Below, piece after piece: positions 40,217 to 49,280 of a DNA stretch of 63,775 nucleotides. The DNA is from Actinomycetales bacterium (lineage in GTDB: Bacteria; Actinomycetota; Actinomycetes; Actinomycetales; CAVURS01): assembly GCA_045807245.1 (NCBI GenBank), contig JBJMHS010000055.1, forward strand, positions 1-63,775. Reading direction: 5' to 3'. Both the position numbers and the translations under genes were made by a program. Numbering within the stretch: the first letter of the stretch is position 1; each line of letters starts with the position of its first letter. Under the pieces are notes generated by a model, which was not told the origin of the DNA, searched no databases, and was given only the letters and a program-made list of their open reading frames with translations.

Positions 40217-41191
40217 CTAGTCCGAGTTACCTTCGTCGGGGTCGGCCGGCCCCTCGGCGCCGGCTCGTTCGTCGCGGTCGGCCCACTCCAGCAGCCGGTC
40301 CAGGGCGAACACGGCACGGTCGATGCCGGCGTGCAGGTCGCCCCGCTCGGCGTACCGCTGGGGCACGGTCGCGATGGTGAAGTCGCCGGGCAGGACGTCG
40401 TCGATCTCGTCCCAGGTGATCGGGGTCGAGACGGTCGCCTCGGGGTTGCCGCGGACGCTGTACGCCGACGCGATGGTGTGGTCCCGGGCGTTCTGGTTGT
40501 AGTCGACGAAGAGCATCGCCGGGTCGCGGTCCTTGCGCCACCAGGTGGTCGTGACGTCGTCGGGGACCCGGCGCTCGACTTCGCGGGCGAAGGCGAAGGC
40601 CGCCCGGCGGACGTCCTTGAACCCGTACGCCGGGGGGATGCGCACGTAGATATGCATGCCCTTGCCGCCGGACGTCTTGGGCCACCCGGTGGCGCCCAGC
40701 TCCTCGAGCACCTCGTGCGCGATGTGAGCCACCCGCCGGACCCGGCTGAACGGGCACTGGGGCATCGGGTCGAGGTCGATGCGCCACTCGTCCGGCTTCT
40801 CGGTGTCGGCGCGGCGACTGTTCCAGGGGTGGAACTCGACAGTCGACATCTGCACGGCCCAGATGACGCTGGCCAGCTCGGTGACACAGAGCTCGTCCGC
40901 GTTCCGGTTGTACCGGGGGAAGTGCACGCGCACGGTCTCGACCCAGGGCGGTGCGCCGTGGGGGAGGCGCTTCTGGTGCACTTTCTCCCCGCTGATGCCG
41001 GTCGGGAACCGGTGCATCATGCAGGGCCGCTCGCGCAGCGCGTTGACGATGCCGTCGCCGACGGAGAGGTAGTAGTTGACCAGGTCGAGCTTCGTCTCAC
41101 CCCGGGCCGGGAAGTACACCCGGTCGGGGTTGGTCACCCGCACGGTGCGGTCGCCGACCTGGACCTCGACGGCCGGCGACTGGCTTGCCAT
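40217..41191 (-). CDS. stand-alone LigD-type primase-polymerase domain protein (Prim-PolC-like)
   Basis: VTNPDRVYFP, RIDLDP, KTSGGKGMHIY, FVDYNQN, SAYSVR. Confidence 0.9.
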   Translation of the reverse strand: MASQSPAVEVQVGDRTVRVTNPDRVYFPARGETKLDLVNYYLSVGDGIVNALRERPCMMHRFPTGISGEKVHQKRLPHGAPPWVETVRVHFPRYNRNADELCVTELASVIWAVQMSTVEFHPWNSRRADTEKPDEWRIDLDPMPQCPFSRVRRVAHIAHEVLEELGATGWPKTSGGKGMHIYVRIPPAYGFKDVRRAAFAFAREVERRVPDDVTTTWWRKDRDPAMLFVDYNQNARDHTIASAYSVRGNPEATVSTPITWDEIDDVLPGDFTIATVPQRYAERGDLHAGIDRAVFALDRLLEWADRDERAGAEGPADPDEGNSD

Positions 41192-41329
41192 GCGGACCAA
41201 CCTAACCCCGCTGACACTCCGTCGACTCGCACGTGCGACACGCCGCCACGGTCGTGCTACAGCGGCGGCGAGTCGCGGCCGGGCTTCGACGGACTGTCAG
41301 GCGCATGAGCACCTCGGCGTGCCGCGACC

Positions 41330-41761
41330 TCACTCGAGGACGAGCTGGACCGGAGTCCCGATCTCGACCGTCCGCGAGACGGTGCAGGTCTTGTCGTGCG
41401 AGGTCTGCGCGACCTTGGGCAGGATCGCGCGGGCGGCGTCGCCGGCTTCGCCCTCCGGGAACGTCACGTGGAACGTGAGCCGGATGTCCTCGAGCCGGTT
41501 GCCGAGGTCGTCCCGGACGTACGTCGCATCGATCCGCGACTCGAACGTGTCCGCCGCCGAGCGCCGGCCCGTGACGATGTCGATGTCGACCGCCGTACAC
41601 GCCGCGATGGACGCCATGAACAGCTCGACCGGAGAGAAGCCGTCCGGGTCCTTGCTGCCGAACCGCAGCTCGAGACCCCGCGCGTTGCGGGCCAGGTAGA
41701 CCCCCTCGTCGATCCGCTCGAGCGTGACTCGGCGGTGGCTGGGGTCGGCGACGTCAGTCAT
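41330..41761 (-). CDS. OsmC family protein
   Basis: FSPVELFMASIAACT ... CTVSRTV. Confidence 0.88.
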   Translation of the reverse strand: MTDVADPSHRRVTLERIDEGVYLARNARGLELRFGSKDPDGFSPVELFMASIAACTAVDIDIVTGRRSAADTFESRIDATYVRDDLGNRLEDIRLTFHVTFPEGEAGDAARAILPKVAQTSHDKTCTVSRTVEIGTPVQLVLE

Positions 41762-41773
41762 GCCGCGATCATC

Positions 41774-42235
41774 TCAATGCGTGGCCCGGTCGCGCGCTGC
41801 GCCTGACCCACCCTGGTCCCCGATGAGCCGACGGTGCAGCTCGGTCGTCAGCAGGTGGATCTGCCGGGTCAGCTCGGTGTTGGTCTTCAGCTCCAGCTCT
41901 TGCTCGGTGAAGTCGTGGTCGGCCTTGGCCTGCTGGAACGCCGCCTGTCGGTTCTGGCCGATCATGACGAACGTCGACAGGAAGATCGCCTCGAGCGACA
42001 CGACCAGGGTCAGCGTCGGCCAAGGGCTGCGCTCGAACAAGATCATCCAGGCCGCGAACAGGACGGCGTGCAGGTACACGAAGCGCATCGAGCCGGCGAA
42101 CGCCGTGACGGCATCGGCGATGCGCAGCTGCAGGTTGGCCGCTCGGTGTTGCATCTGCGCCGCGACGACCGGGTGGTGGCCGTCCTCCGGCGTCGTCCCT
42201 GGTGTTGGTGGTGCGGCGATCGGATCCGTCGTCAT
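41774..42235 (-). CDS. DUF1003 membrane protein
   Basis: IADAVTAFAGS, LTLVVSLEAIFLSTFVMIGQNRQ. Confidence 0.9.
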   Translation of the reverse strand: MTTDPIAAPPTPGTTPEDGHHPVVAAQMQHRAANLQLRIADAVTAFAGSMRFVYLHAVLFAAWMILFERSPWPTLTLVVSLEAIFLSTFVMIGQNRQAAFQQAKADHDFTEQELELKTNTELTRQIHLLTTELHRRLIGDQGGSGAARDRATH

Positions 42236-42430
42236 GGCCCGATCGTCCTCCCGGGCGCCGGGTCAGCCGGTGCGGCGCGCGGCGCACAGACGCAGCGACG
42301 TTTTCTTACGGCCAGACCGATGACCGGTCCGGCGCTCGGGTCGGAGGCCGATCCCCGTCGTTCTCGACGGGGTTACTGTCCTGGTCACGGGCAGCGGTTG
42401 GCAACAACCGCGGACAAGCCAGGAGGCGCC

Positions 42431-43273
42431 ATGGACCGACCGGTTGCCATCGTCACGGGAGCATCGTCGGGGATCGGGCAGTCCACCTGCCAAGCGTTGC
42501 GCCACAAGGGTTTTGACGTGTATGCCGCAGCCCGGCGGGTCGAGCAGATGAGTGCTCTGGAGGCTGCCGGCATCCAGGTCGAACGGCTGGATGTGACGGA
42601 CGACGCGTCGATGGTTGCGCTCGTGGACCCGGTCGTCCGCGAAGCCGGGCGGATCGACGTACTGGTCAACAACGCGGGGTACGGATCGTACGGCGCGCTC
42701 GAAGAAGTGCCGATGGACGAGGCCCGGCGCCAGTTCGACGTCAACGTCTTCGGTCTGGCCCGGTTGACCCAGCTGGTGCTGCCGCACATGCGCGCACGGC
42801 GCAGCGGGCGGATCGTCAACATCTCGTCCATGGGCGGCAAGATCCACGAGCCACTCGGCGGCTGGTACCACGCAACGAAGTTCGCCGTCGAGGGCCTGAG
42901 TGACTCGCTGCGGATGGAGCTCGCGCCGTTCGGCATCGACGTCGTCGTGATCGAGCCGGGCGCGATCAGGACCGAGTGGGCCGGCATCGCCGCCGAGCAC
43001 GTCCGCGCGGTGTCCGCCCACGGACCGTACGCCCGGCAGGCGCGCGATGTGGCGACGGTCCTGGACGCGGGCTCCGGCCCGGGAGCGCGCGGGTCGTCGC
43101 CGGTCGTGGTGGCAGACGCGGTGGTCAAGGCGGCGACGGCACGACGGCCGCGCACCCGGTACGTCGTGGGGCTGGGTGCCCGGCCGGCCCTGTTCGCGCG
43201 GGCCGTCCTGACCGACCGGGGCTTCGACCGGATGTTGCGGCTGGCCTACTGGTACGCCCGGCGCCTCGCCTGA
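42431..43273 (+). CDS. short-chain dehydrogenase/reductase
   Basis: TGASSGIG, NNAG, YHATK; AGGAGG RBS. Confidence 0.93.
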   Translation: MDRPVAIVTGASSGIGQSTCQALRHKGFDVYAAARRVEQMSALEAAGIQVERLDVTDDASMVALVDPVVREAGRIDVLVNNAGYGSYGALEEVPMDEARRQFDVNVFGLARLTQLVLPHMRARRSGRIVNISSMGGKIHEPLGGWYHATKFAVEGLSDSLRMELAPFGIDVVVIEPGAIRTEWAGIAAEHVRAVSAHGPYARQARDVATVLDAGSGPGARGSSPVVVADAVVKAATARRPRTRYVVGLGARPALFARAVLTDRGFDRMLRLAYWYARRLA

Positions 43274-43297
43274 CTCGGACGAGCGGCAGGGACACCC

Positions 43298-43357
43298 TTG
43301 ACGGCTCCGGCCGTCGTCCGCATACTTCGGGGAGCGTTTGCGGGATGAAACGTTTCA
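43298..43357 (+). promoter_or_regulatory. housekeeping-sigma promoter plus LacI-type operator
   Basis: TTGACG (43298)-17 nt-CATACT (43321); perfect palindrome TGAAACGTTTCA 43346-43357. Confidence 0.65.
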
Positions 43358-43414
43358 GGGGTCAGGGGTTTCAGGGGAGGACCGGCGCAGGCCGGCGGCA
43401 GGGGGTGGCATTCC

Positions 43415-46219
43415 ATGTTGGGGCTTTCGCGTACGCACGCACCGGGATCGTGGGGCTTCCGCCGGACATTGTTGATGGTGGTCGCAGCCGCCACCGCGGT
43501 CGCTGCCATCGGCGTCGTGATGCTGGCACCGAGCCCTCGTGCGGTGGCCGCCGTCACTCCGCCTTCAGCGGGAACGCCGCCACCGATCCCCGCGGCTGCC
43601 CAGGCGTACAACTACGCACCGGCCAGCCGCTTCGTATCCCCCATGAGCGCCGCCGCGACAGCTGGCAACGTCACGAACGCAGCAGGCGGGTTCTCGCAGG
43701 TGCCCGGCAACGTCGTCCGGCTTCAGGGACAAGGTTCGTACGTCGTCTACGACTTCGGGAAGGAGGTCGGGGGGACGATCCAGCTGCAGCTGGCGGAGGT
43801 CAGCGACGCCAACCAACAGCTCGGTGTGGCCTATTCGGAGTCCGGCCTGTACGCCGGGCCGATCAGCGACCGGAGCAACGGTGGTACGGCGGACGGGTCG
43901 ATGAACATCCCGATGCACCCGGACACGCCCCCGGTCAGCACCGTTCCGACTTCGGAGCTGCGCGGGGGCTTCCGCTACGTCACCCTGTTCATGCGGGCGA
44001 ACGGCACGGTCTCTTTCAACGCCCTCAGGGTCTACGTCACCTTCGCGCCGGTGCAGACGCTCAACAGCTACCCGAACTACTTCCTGTCCAGCGATCCATT
44101 GCTGAACCGCATCTGGTACGCGGGCGCCTACACGGTCCAGACCAACACGCTGAACCCCAACCAGGGGCGGGTATGGCCGGCGCGGAACGACGGCTGGGAC
44201 AACAGCGCGAACATCGGGGATGGCTCCACCATCCTGGCCGACGGCGCCAAGCGGGACCGCGCGGTCTGGCCGGGAGACCTCGGGATCTCGTTCCCGACGG
44301 CCTTCGTCTCCACGAACGACCTGCTGTCGATGCGAAACTCGCTCCGCACGATCTACGACCACAGCCGATACACCGCCGAGTGGATCAACGGGGTCCAGTG
44401 GTTCGAGGAGCTGCCCTACGCCGGCCCGCCGCTCAAGATGTACGGGTCGGACACCTACCACATGTGGGCTCTGCTGGCGACGTCGACCTACATCAAGTAC
44501 TCCGACGACAGTGACTTCGCCACCTCGATCTGGGCCCACTACCAGACCTCACTCGGATACGTCCTGGCCCGGCTCGACGATTCAAACCTGTTCAGCGTCG
44601 GTCACGGCGACGACTGGGAGACCGCCAACGCGATCTCAGGCGAGTCGTTGGAAGCGAGCGCGCTGGCGTACGGCGTCCTCCGCGGGGCCGCCTTCGTGGC
44701 TCGGACCTATGCCAACGACCCGTCGGCCGCCGCAACCTACGACACCAAGGCTGACGCGGTGAGGGACGCGATCAACCGCCGGCTCTGGGACCCGGTGAGG
44801 AAGCTGTACCGAGCGAACCCCGACGGCGCGACGTACCCACAGGACGGCAACGCGCTCGCCCTGTGGTTCGGGATTCCGCGCGATAACGCTCTGGGGGGAC
44901 AAGACACCGCCACGTCCCTGCGCCAGATGTTCAACCAGTACGGCGCGCCGAGCCCCGAGAAGGCGGATGCCATGGGCACCTTCCCTGCCTCGATGGAGGT
45001 CCACGGGCTGTTCGCTGCGCACGCGGACCAGAGCGCGCTCGAGCTGATCCGCCGCGAGTGGGGCTACATGCTGAACTCCCCGAACGGGACGAAGAGCACC
45101 TTCTGGGAGGGCTTCAAGACGGACGGGTCGTTCGACTACGGCGGTTCGTACATGAGCGCCTCGCACGGCTGGGCCACCGGACCGACGTCGGCGTTGACGT
45201 TCAACGTCGTCGGGCTGCAGCCCGACGTCCACAGCCAGTTCGCCTTCCAACCACACCCCGGGGACCTGACCTCCGCGTCGGGCCGCCTCACCTTGCGCGG
45301 CGGGCTGGCTGACGCCTCCTGGACGCGGGACCCGGTCACCGGTCGGTTCACGGCCCGGGTCTCGGCCTACGCGGGTACGAGCGTGAGCCGGATCGCCGTA
45401 CCCAAGCACGGCAACGCGAACATGTGGATCAGCATCAACGGCACCGAGGTGTGGCGTTTCGGGACCGCGTTGTCCGGCACCGGCTACCGCGTCAGCCAGG
45501 ACGACGATGCCATCTACATCTCGGCCGAATCGGGTGTCTTGCCTTCGGGGCGCTACGACGTCGTGGCCCAGCCGGACGCGGTATGGGACACCAGTTATCG
45601 CCTCTGCTCCGTCGAGGGCGGCGCGTGCACCGTCGTGAGTCCCCGGGTGGTCGCGTTCGGCGCCAACGGGCAATGGGTCTACAAGTGGCTGAGCGGATCC
45701 ACGCCATGTTCGAGCGCCACGTTCGGCTCGGACCCGGCGTTCGGCGTCGCGAAGAAGTGCTACTCGGCGCCGGGTGGATCGGCTCGGTTCGACGAACCGG
45801 AGACCGGGCCCGCCGGCTATACCTTCTGCTCGTTCGAGTACCAGACCTGCCCGTTCACCGGCACGAAGATGGTGGCCATCGGCGGGAACGGGTCGTTCAG
45901 CTACCGGGCCGTGAGCAACGGCACGACCTGCTCGTCCGCGGCTCTAGGCCGCTCCGCTTCGACTGGGACGCGAGTGGACTGCTACGTCGCGAACCAGGAC
46001 CCGGGACCCGACTACCACCTCTGCGGCGTGGATGGGACATGGTGCTGGTCCGGCTCGCGGGTCTGGTTCGGCGCGTACGGGAACTACACGGTGACCGACA
46101 CGCAGCCACCGCCTGGTGGCGGCAACATCTCGCCCTGCAACGCCGCGACGATGGGCGGCGACCCGCTTCCTGGGGTGAACAAGCGCTGCTACACCTACAG
46201 CGGCGGATCGTCTGGTTGA
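43415..46219 (+). CDS. secreted alpha-L-rhamnosidase-like (GH78-type six-hairpin) glycosidase with three C-terminal Cys-rich repeats
   Basis: Signal peptide; YDFGKEVGG, GGFRY, LNRIWYAGAYT, DGAKRDR, STFWE, SHGWATGP. Confidence 0.85.
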   Translation: MLGLSRTHAPGSWGFRRTLLMVVAAATAVAAIGVVMLAPSPRAVAAVTPPSAGTPPPIPAAAQAYNYAPASRFVSPMSAAATAGNVTNAAGGFSQVPGNVVRLQGQGSYVVYDFGKEVGGTIQLQLAEVSDANQQLGVAYSESGLYAGPISDRSNGGTADGSMNIPMHPDTPPVSTVPTSELRGGFRYVTLFMRANGTVSFNALRVYVTFAPVQTLNSYPNYFLSSDPLLNRIWYAGAYTVQTNTLNPNQGRVWPARNDGWDNSANIGDGSTILADGAKRDRAVWPGDLGISFPTAFVSTNDLLSMRNSLRTIYDHSRYTAEWINGVQWFEELPYAGPPLKMYGSDTYHMWALLATSTYIKYSDDSDFATSIWAHYQTSLGYVLARLDDSNLFSVGHGDDWETANAISGESLEASALAYGVLRGAAFVARTYANDPSAAATYDTKADAVRDAINRRLWDPVRKLYRANPDGATYPQDGNALALWFGIPRDNALGGQDTATSLRQMFNQYGAPSPEKADAMGTFPASMEVHGLFAAHADQSALELIRREWGYMLNSPNGTKSTFWEGFKTDGSFDYGGSYMSASHGWATGPTSALTFNVVGLQPDVHSQFAFQPHPGDLTSASGRLTLRGGLADASWTRDPVTGRFTARVSAYAGTSVSRIAVPKHGNANMWISINGTEVWRFGTALSGTGYRVSQDDDAIYISAESGVLPSGRYDVVAQPDAVWDTSYRLCSVEGGACTVVSPRVVAFGANGQWVYKWLSGSTPCSSATFGSDPAFGVAKKCYSAPGGSARFDEPETGPAGYTFCSFEYQTCPFTGTKMVAIGGNGSFSYRAVSNGTTCSSAALGRSASTGTRVDCYVANQDPGPDYHLCGVDGTWCWSGSRVWFGAYGNYTVTDTQPPPGGGNISPCNAATMGGDPLPGVNKRCYTYSGGSSG

Positions 46220-46365
46220 GGTCACACAGCGGAGCCCCTGGGCTCGGTTGGGTGACCGGACAGTGGCATCCGGCGGGGACGAAGCGGGCGTTTCACCAGC
46301 GCCGTTGACACCCTGCGTGACGACGACCGATTCTTCGCTCGAGAGTCCAGCGCAAGGAGCGGGGC

Positions 46366-48105
46366 ATGGCCGGCCGGCACGTGGATGCGCAGCCGCGTCA
46401 GCGCTCGCGCCGCCGGTTGCTGTTGCCCGTCGTCGCGGTCTTGGCGGTCGGTGCGTTGGTCGCGGGCGCGGCGTACTACGTGTTCCGGCCGACCTCCTCC
46501 TCGGACGGCCAGACCGACTCGATCGGGCGCTGTACGTCGGGTGTCTCACTCGACGTCGTCACCGCACCGTCGATCGCCGCGGCGGTCCGAGACGTCGCGG
46601 CTCATTGGACCGACAGCCATCCCGACCTGAACGGCGCCTGCCCGACGGTCAACATCCGCGGTGTGGCGTCGGCGAGCCAGGAGGAGGCCCTGGCCAAGCC
46701 GGACGTCACGGTGCCGGACGTCTGGATCCCCGACTCCACGCTGTGGGTGCAGCGCCTGCGCAGCGACGTCGACGGCACGGATGCGCCGGCGCGCAGCCTC
46801 TGGCTGTACCCGCCGATCGCGACGTCCCCGCTCGTGCTGGCGACCAGCCCGGAGCGCGCGGGGACGCTGAAGGCACCGGCCCGGACCTGGGCCGCCACGC
46901 TCGGCCAGGCGACGGGCGTCGCAATGACCAACCCGGCCAGCGACACCGCCGGACTGCTGACCCTGCTGACCGTGCAGAACGAGCTCCAGAGCGAGGCGGG
47001 AACCCCCACTCGCGCCCTGGTCAGCACGCTGGTCCGCGCGTCGCAGGCTCCCGTGGTGGCGCCGGCCGCAGGGTTCCTCGCGCTGCGCGACCACCCGACG
47101 ACCGCCGCGGCGTTCCCGAGCAGTGAGCAGTCGGTCGTGGCGGCCGAGCAGGACACGAGCGGGCTCAAGGCGACCTCGGTCTACCCGACCGGGAAGGCGC
47201 TGGAGCTGGACTTCCCGGTCGTGCAGTTCTCGCGGCCGGGCGGCGACCCGGACCGGCGCAACGCGACGGTGGCTCTGGTGGACCAGCTGCGCTCGCGGTT
47301 CGCCACTGCCCGCTTCGGTGCCGCCGGTCTGCGGGACGCGGAGGGCCGGCCGATGCCCGGGTCGCCCGCGACGTCCACGGCTGGCGGGTCCGGCGGGTCC
47401 ATCGGCTCGAACGGCACGAATGCCGTTGCCCTGGAACGGCCGCCGAGCAGCAAGGTCGCGGACGGTCTGCGCGTCTGGGACGCCGCACGGCGCGGCAGCC
47501 GCACCCTGATGGTCATCGACCTGTCGGGTTCCATGGACGAGCGGGCCGGAGGCCAGACCAAGATCCGGTTCGCTGCGAATGCGGCTCGTTCGGCCGTCGA
47601 CTTCTTCCCCGACACCTCGTCGCTCGGGCTGTGGGGATTCTCCGTCAACCGCTCGGGTCGGCGGGACTGGAGCGAGCTGGTGTCCCTCGGGCCGCTGGGT
47701 GCGCGGACGACGGGCGGGGTACGGCGCTCGGTGCTGCTCGGGGCCGCGTCGCGCCTGCCGCGCGAGACCGGGGGCGCGACCGGGCTGTACAACACGACGC
47801 TGGCCGCCTACGAGCGAGTGCGGTCGGGGTGGGACCCGGCCGACGTGAACTCGGTCGTGCTGCTGACCGACGGCGCGAACACCGACAGCTCCGGCACCAG
47901 ACTGGGCGCCTTGCTCAGCCGGCTGCGCAGTGAGACGTCGACCTCGCGGCCGTTGCCCATCATCACGATCGCGGTGGGGCCCGGCGCCGACGTGGCCACG
48001 CTGCGCCGGATCTCCACCGCAACGCACGGCCGGACGTACACCGTGGCCAACCCGGCCGACATCCGGGCGGCCTTCCTCGACGCGTTGATCTCGGCGGGCT
48101 CATGA
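46366..48105 (+). CDS. membrane-anchored substrate-binding + VWA domain protein
   Basis: N-terminal TM, PDVWIPDS, MIDAS DLSGS, LLTDG. Confidence 0.87.
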   Translation: MAGRHVDAQPRQRSRRRLLLPVVAVLAVGALVAGAAYYVFRPTSSSDGQTDSIGRCTSGVSLDVVTAPSIAAAVRDVAAHWTDSHPDLNGACPTVNIRGVASASQEEALAKPDVTVPDVWIPDSTLWVQRLRSDVDGTDAPARSLWLYPPIATSPLVLATSPERAGTLKAPARTWAATLGQATGVAMTNPASDTAGLLTLLTVQNELQSEAGTPTRALVSTLVRASQAPVVAPAAGFLALRDHPTTAAAFPSSEQSVVAAEQDTSGLKATSVYPTGKALELDFPVVQFSRPGGDPDRRNATVALVDQLRSRFATARFGAAGLRDAEGRPMPGSPATSTAGGSGGSIGSNGTNAVALERPPSSKVADGLRVWDAARRGSRTLMVIDLSGSMDERAGGQTKIRFAANAARSAVDFFPDTSSLGLWGFSVNRSGRRDWSELVSLGPLGARTTGGVRRSVLLGAASRLPRETGGATGLYNTTLAAYERVRSGWDPADVNSVVLLTDGANTDSSGTRLGALLSRLRSETSTSRPLPIITIAVGPGADVATLRRISTATHGRTYTVANPADIRAAFLDALISAGS

Positions 48106-49274
48106 CTGTCCCACCCGATCTCGCGCGCGGACTGTTGACCCGGCGTACCGCATTGATCGGGATGGGCGTCGGCGCGGCGGCGGTATTGAGCGGCTGCTGG
48201 AGCTCGTCCGGCTCCAAAGCCGACCCGGCCCGCGATCGTTCGGACACGGAAAAGGTTGTGAACTGGTCGAACTGGCCGGACTACATCGATCTTGGCGCGG
48301 ATCCGGGTGACTGGCCGACCCTCGACGCGTTCACCAAGAAGACGGGGATCTCGGTGCACTACACCGAGGACTACAACGACAACGAGAGCTTCTACAGCCT
48401 TGTCAAGCCGCAGCTGGACGCCCATCAGGACCCGGGCCGGGACATGTGGTGCGCGACCGACTGGATGGTGGCCCGGCTCATCCGCAACGGGTACATCCAG
48501 AAGCTCGACAAGGGCAACCTCCCCAACGGGAAGAACCTGCAGCCGTCTCTGCGCGAGGCAGCGTTCGACCCCGGACGGCTGTACTCGCTGCCGTGGCAGA
48601 GCGGGTTCACGGGAATCGGCTACAACCCCAAGGCGACTGGCGGCCGAAAGATCGAGTCGGTCGCGCAGCTGCTGACCGACCCGACGCTCAAGGGCAAGGT
48701 CACACTGCTGACCGAGATGCAGGACACGATGGGTCTGGTGATGCTCGACATGGGTCTGGACCCGGGCAAGTTCACTGATGCAGAGTTCGACCAGGCGATC
48801 GCGCGGATCGCCCAGGCCAAGGCGTCCGGCCAGGTGGCTGCCTTCACCGGCAACGACTACACCGACGCGCTGGCCAGCGGACAGACGGCCGCCTGCCTCG
48901 CCTACACCGGCGACATCGTCCAGCTCCAGGTCGACAACCCGCAGCTCGGCTATGTCCTGCCGCCCAAGGGGCACGTGATCTGGTCGGACAACTTCGTGAT
49001 CCCGAACCTGGCGCGGCACAAGAAGAATGCCGAGCGGCTCATCGACTACTACTACTCACCCGACGTCATGGCGACGGTCGAGGACTGGGTGAACTACATC
49101 TCCCCGGTGGTCGGTTCGCAGGAGGTGCTGCTCAAGAGCGACCCGGACATCGCCAAGAACGTGCTGATCTTCCCGACGCCCGAGGTGCTCGCGCGCGCCC
49201 ACACGTTCCGCGGGCTGAGCGAGGCGGAGGAGAAGCGCTACACCGGCGCGTTCCAACAGCTCGTCAACACCTGA
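48102..49274 (+). CDS. orphan spermidine/putrescine-binding lipoprotein (Tat-type)
   Basis: TRRTALI twin-Arg, LSGC lipobox, NWPDYID, WQSGFTGIGYN, WSDNFVIP. Confidence 0.9.
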   Translation: MTVPPDLARGLLTRRTALIGMGVGAAAVLSGCWSSSGSKADPARDRSDTEKVVNWSNWPDYIDLGADPGDWPTLDAFTKKTGISVHYTEDYNDNESFYSLVKPQLDAHQDPGRDMWCATDWMVARLIRNGYIQKLDKGNLPNGKNLQPSLREAAFDPGRLYSLPWQSGFTGIGYNPKATGGRKIESVAQLLTDPTLKGKVTLLTEMQDTMGLVMLDMGLDPGKFTDAEFDQAIARIAQAKASGQVAAFTGNDYTDALASGQTAACLAYTGDIVQLQVDNPQLGYVLPPKGHVIWSDNFVIPNLARHKKNAERLIDYYYSPDVMATVEDWVNYISPVVGSQEVLLKSDPDIAKNVLIFPTPEVLARAHTFRGLSEAEEKRYTGAFQQLVNT

Positions 49275-49280
49275 CGTCGG

